Assembly: GCF_004010195.1 (NCBI RefSeq)
Contig: NC_057718.1
Coordinates: 89,399,655-89,419,654 of the forward strand
From: Chiloscyllium plagiosum
Lineage: Eukaryota
Reading direction: 5' to 3'
Length of the DNA stretch: 20,000 bases
Shown: positions 19,395 to 20,000 of the stretch, in pieces
How the letters are laid out: every line of letters starts with the position of its first letter
Position numbering within the stretch: the first letter of the stretch is position 1
Notes under the pieces: generated by a model
The model's database searches: none
What the model saw: the letters and a program-made list of their open reading frames with translations, nothing else
Told to the model about the DNA's origin: nothing
Made by a program: the position numbers and the translations under genes

Positions 19395-19413
19395 ACACAC
19401 ACACACACACACA
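19395..19413. repeat. (AC)n microsatellite, read as (UG)n just upstream of the exon A acceptor
   Basis: Direct reading. Confidence 0.95.
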
Positions 19414-19889
19414 CGGCAGGTCGATGAATGTTGGCACTGTAGAGATTTCCCTGCTTCACCTGGTCATTCCTTCCCAGTCCGCAGTGACGCGTTCACACCA
19501 AAGTCTTTCCCAGTACTGTTTTGGATGGAACACTTATATTTAAAAAAGAACAAGAGTTACATCCAAATTGGGAAAAACTGACCTCAGATCATTACCAACG
19601 CATCTTGGTTTTAGAGTCATGAGAATCCTCTGAGCATACTTACATCTGGGGCATCTCTTGGGGGGTTTCTGCTGACTGTGACTCTGGAACAGCAGCCTTC
19701 AGTTTCTTGGCTGCTGAATCTCTCAGGTTTTTGGCACCATGGACTCTAATCACACCAATGGTCTCCTGGGCAACCATACCCCTTACGCCCTGCATAAAAT
19801 ACAGCTCCTCCAGAAATCTGCTGTCCATATCCGAACTTGCAGCAAGTCTTGTTCACCTGTTACTTCAGTGACTTGGCATCGGTTCTGCC

Positions 19890-20000
19890 GGGAGGGGAGT
19901 CCCGGAGCGGAGGGGGGTGTGGGGAGGGGAGTCTTGGAGCAGAGGGGGATGTGGGGAGGGGAGTCCCGGAGCAGAGGGGGATGTGGGGAGGGGAGTCTCG
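19890..20000. repeat. 32-bp G-rich minisatellite (GGGAGGGGAGTCCCGGAGCAGAGGGGGATGTG), at least 3.5 copies, running off the window
   Basis: Units start at 19890, 19922, 19954 and 19986. Confidence 0.95.

Noticed and set aside
19890..20000. 32-bp periodic repeat as a CRISPR array
   Set aside because: Head-to-tail units with no unique spacers, in vertebrate intronic context.

Overview
Vertebrate genomic DNA, most likely a cartilaginous fish (shark), inferred from HE1-type SINEs, HER1/CR1 LINEs and Deu-domain SINEs. The window lies inside the giant SYNE1 (nesprin-1) gene on the minus strand. It holds nine consecutive internal coding exons, all GT-AG, all phase 0-0, 1476 nt or 492 aa in total, encoding spectrin repeats and a Ser/Pro/Glu-rich linker. 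Introns are packed with CR1/HER1 and L2 LINE fragments, several SINE families and simple repeats. Main observations: (i) several families of short Penelope-like insertions carry minimal hammerhead-ribozyme cores (CTGA[A/T]GA-stem-GAAACGTC); most are fold-back palindromes and four have 13-14 bp target-site duplications. (ii) A TE-poor, CpG-rich island with a candidate non-coding first exon may be an internal SYNE1 promoter. (iii) There are clustered sense-strand TGCATG (RBFOX) motifs and a duplicated 5' splice site around the linker exons. Human SYNE1 comparisons and repeat family names are from memory, not from a database search; TE boundaries are approximate.
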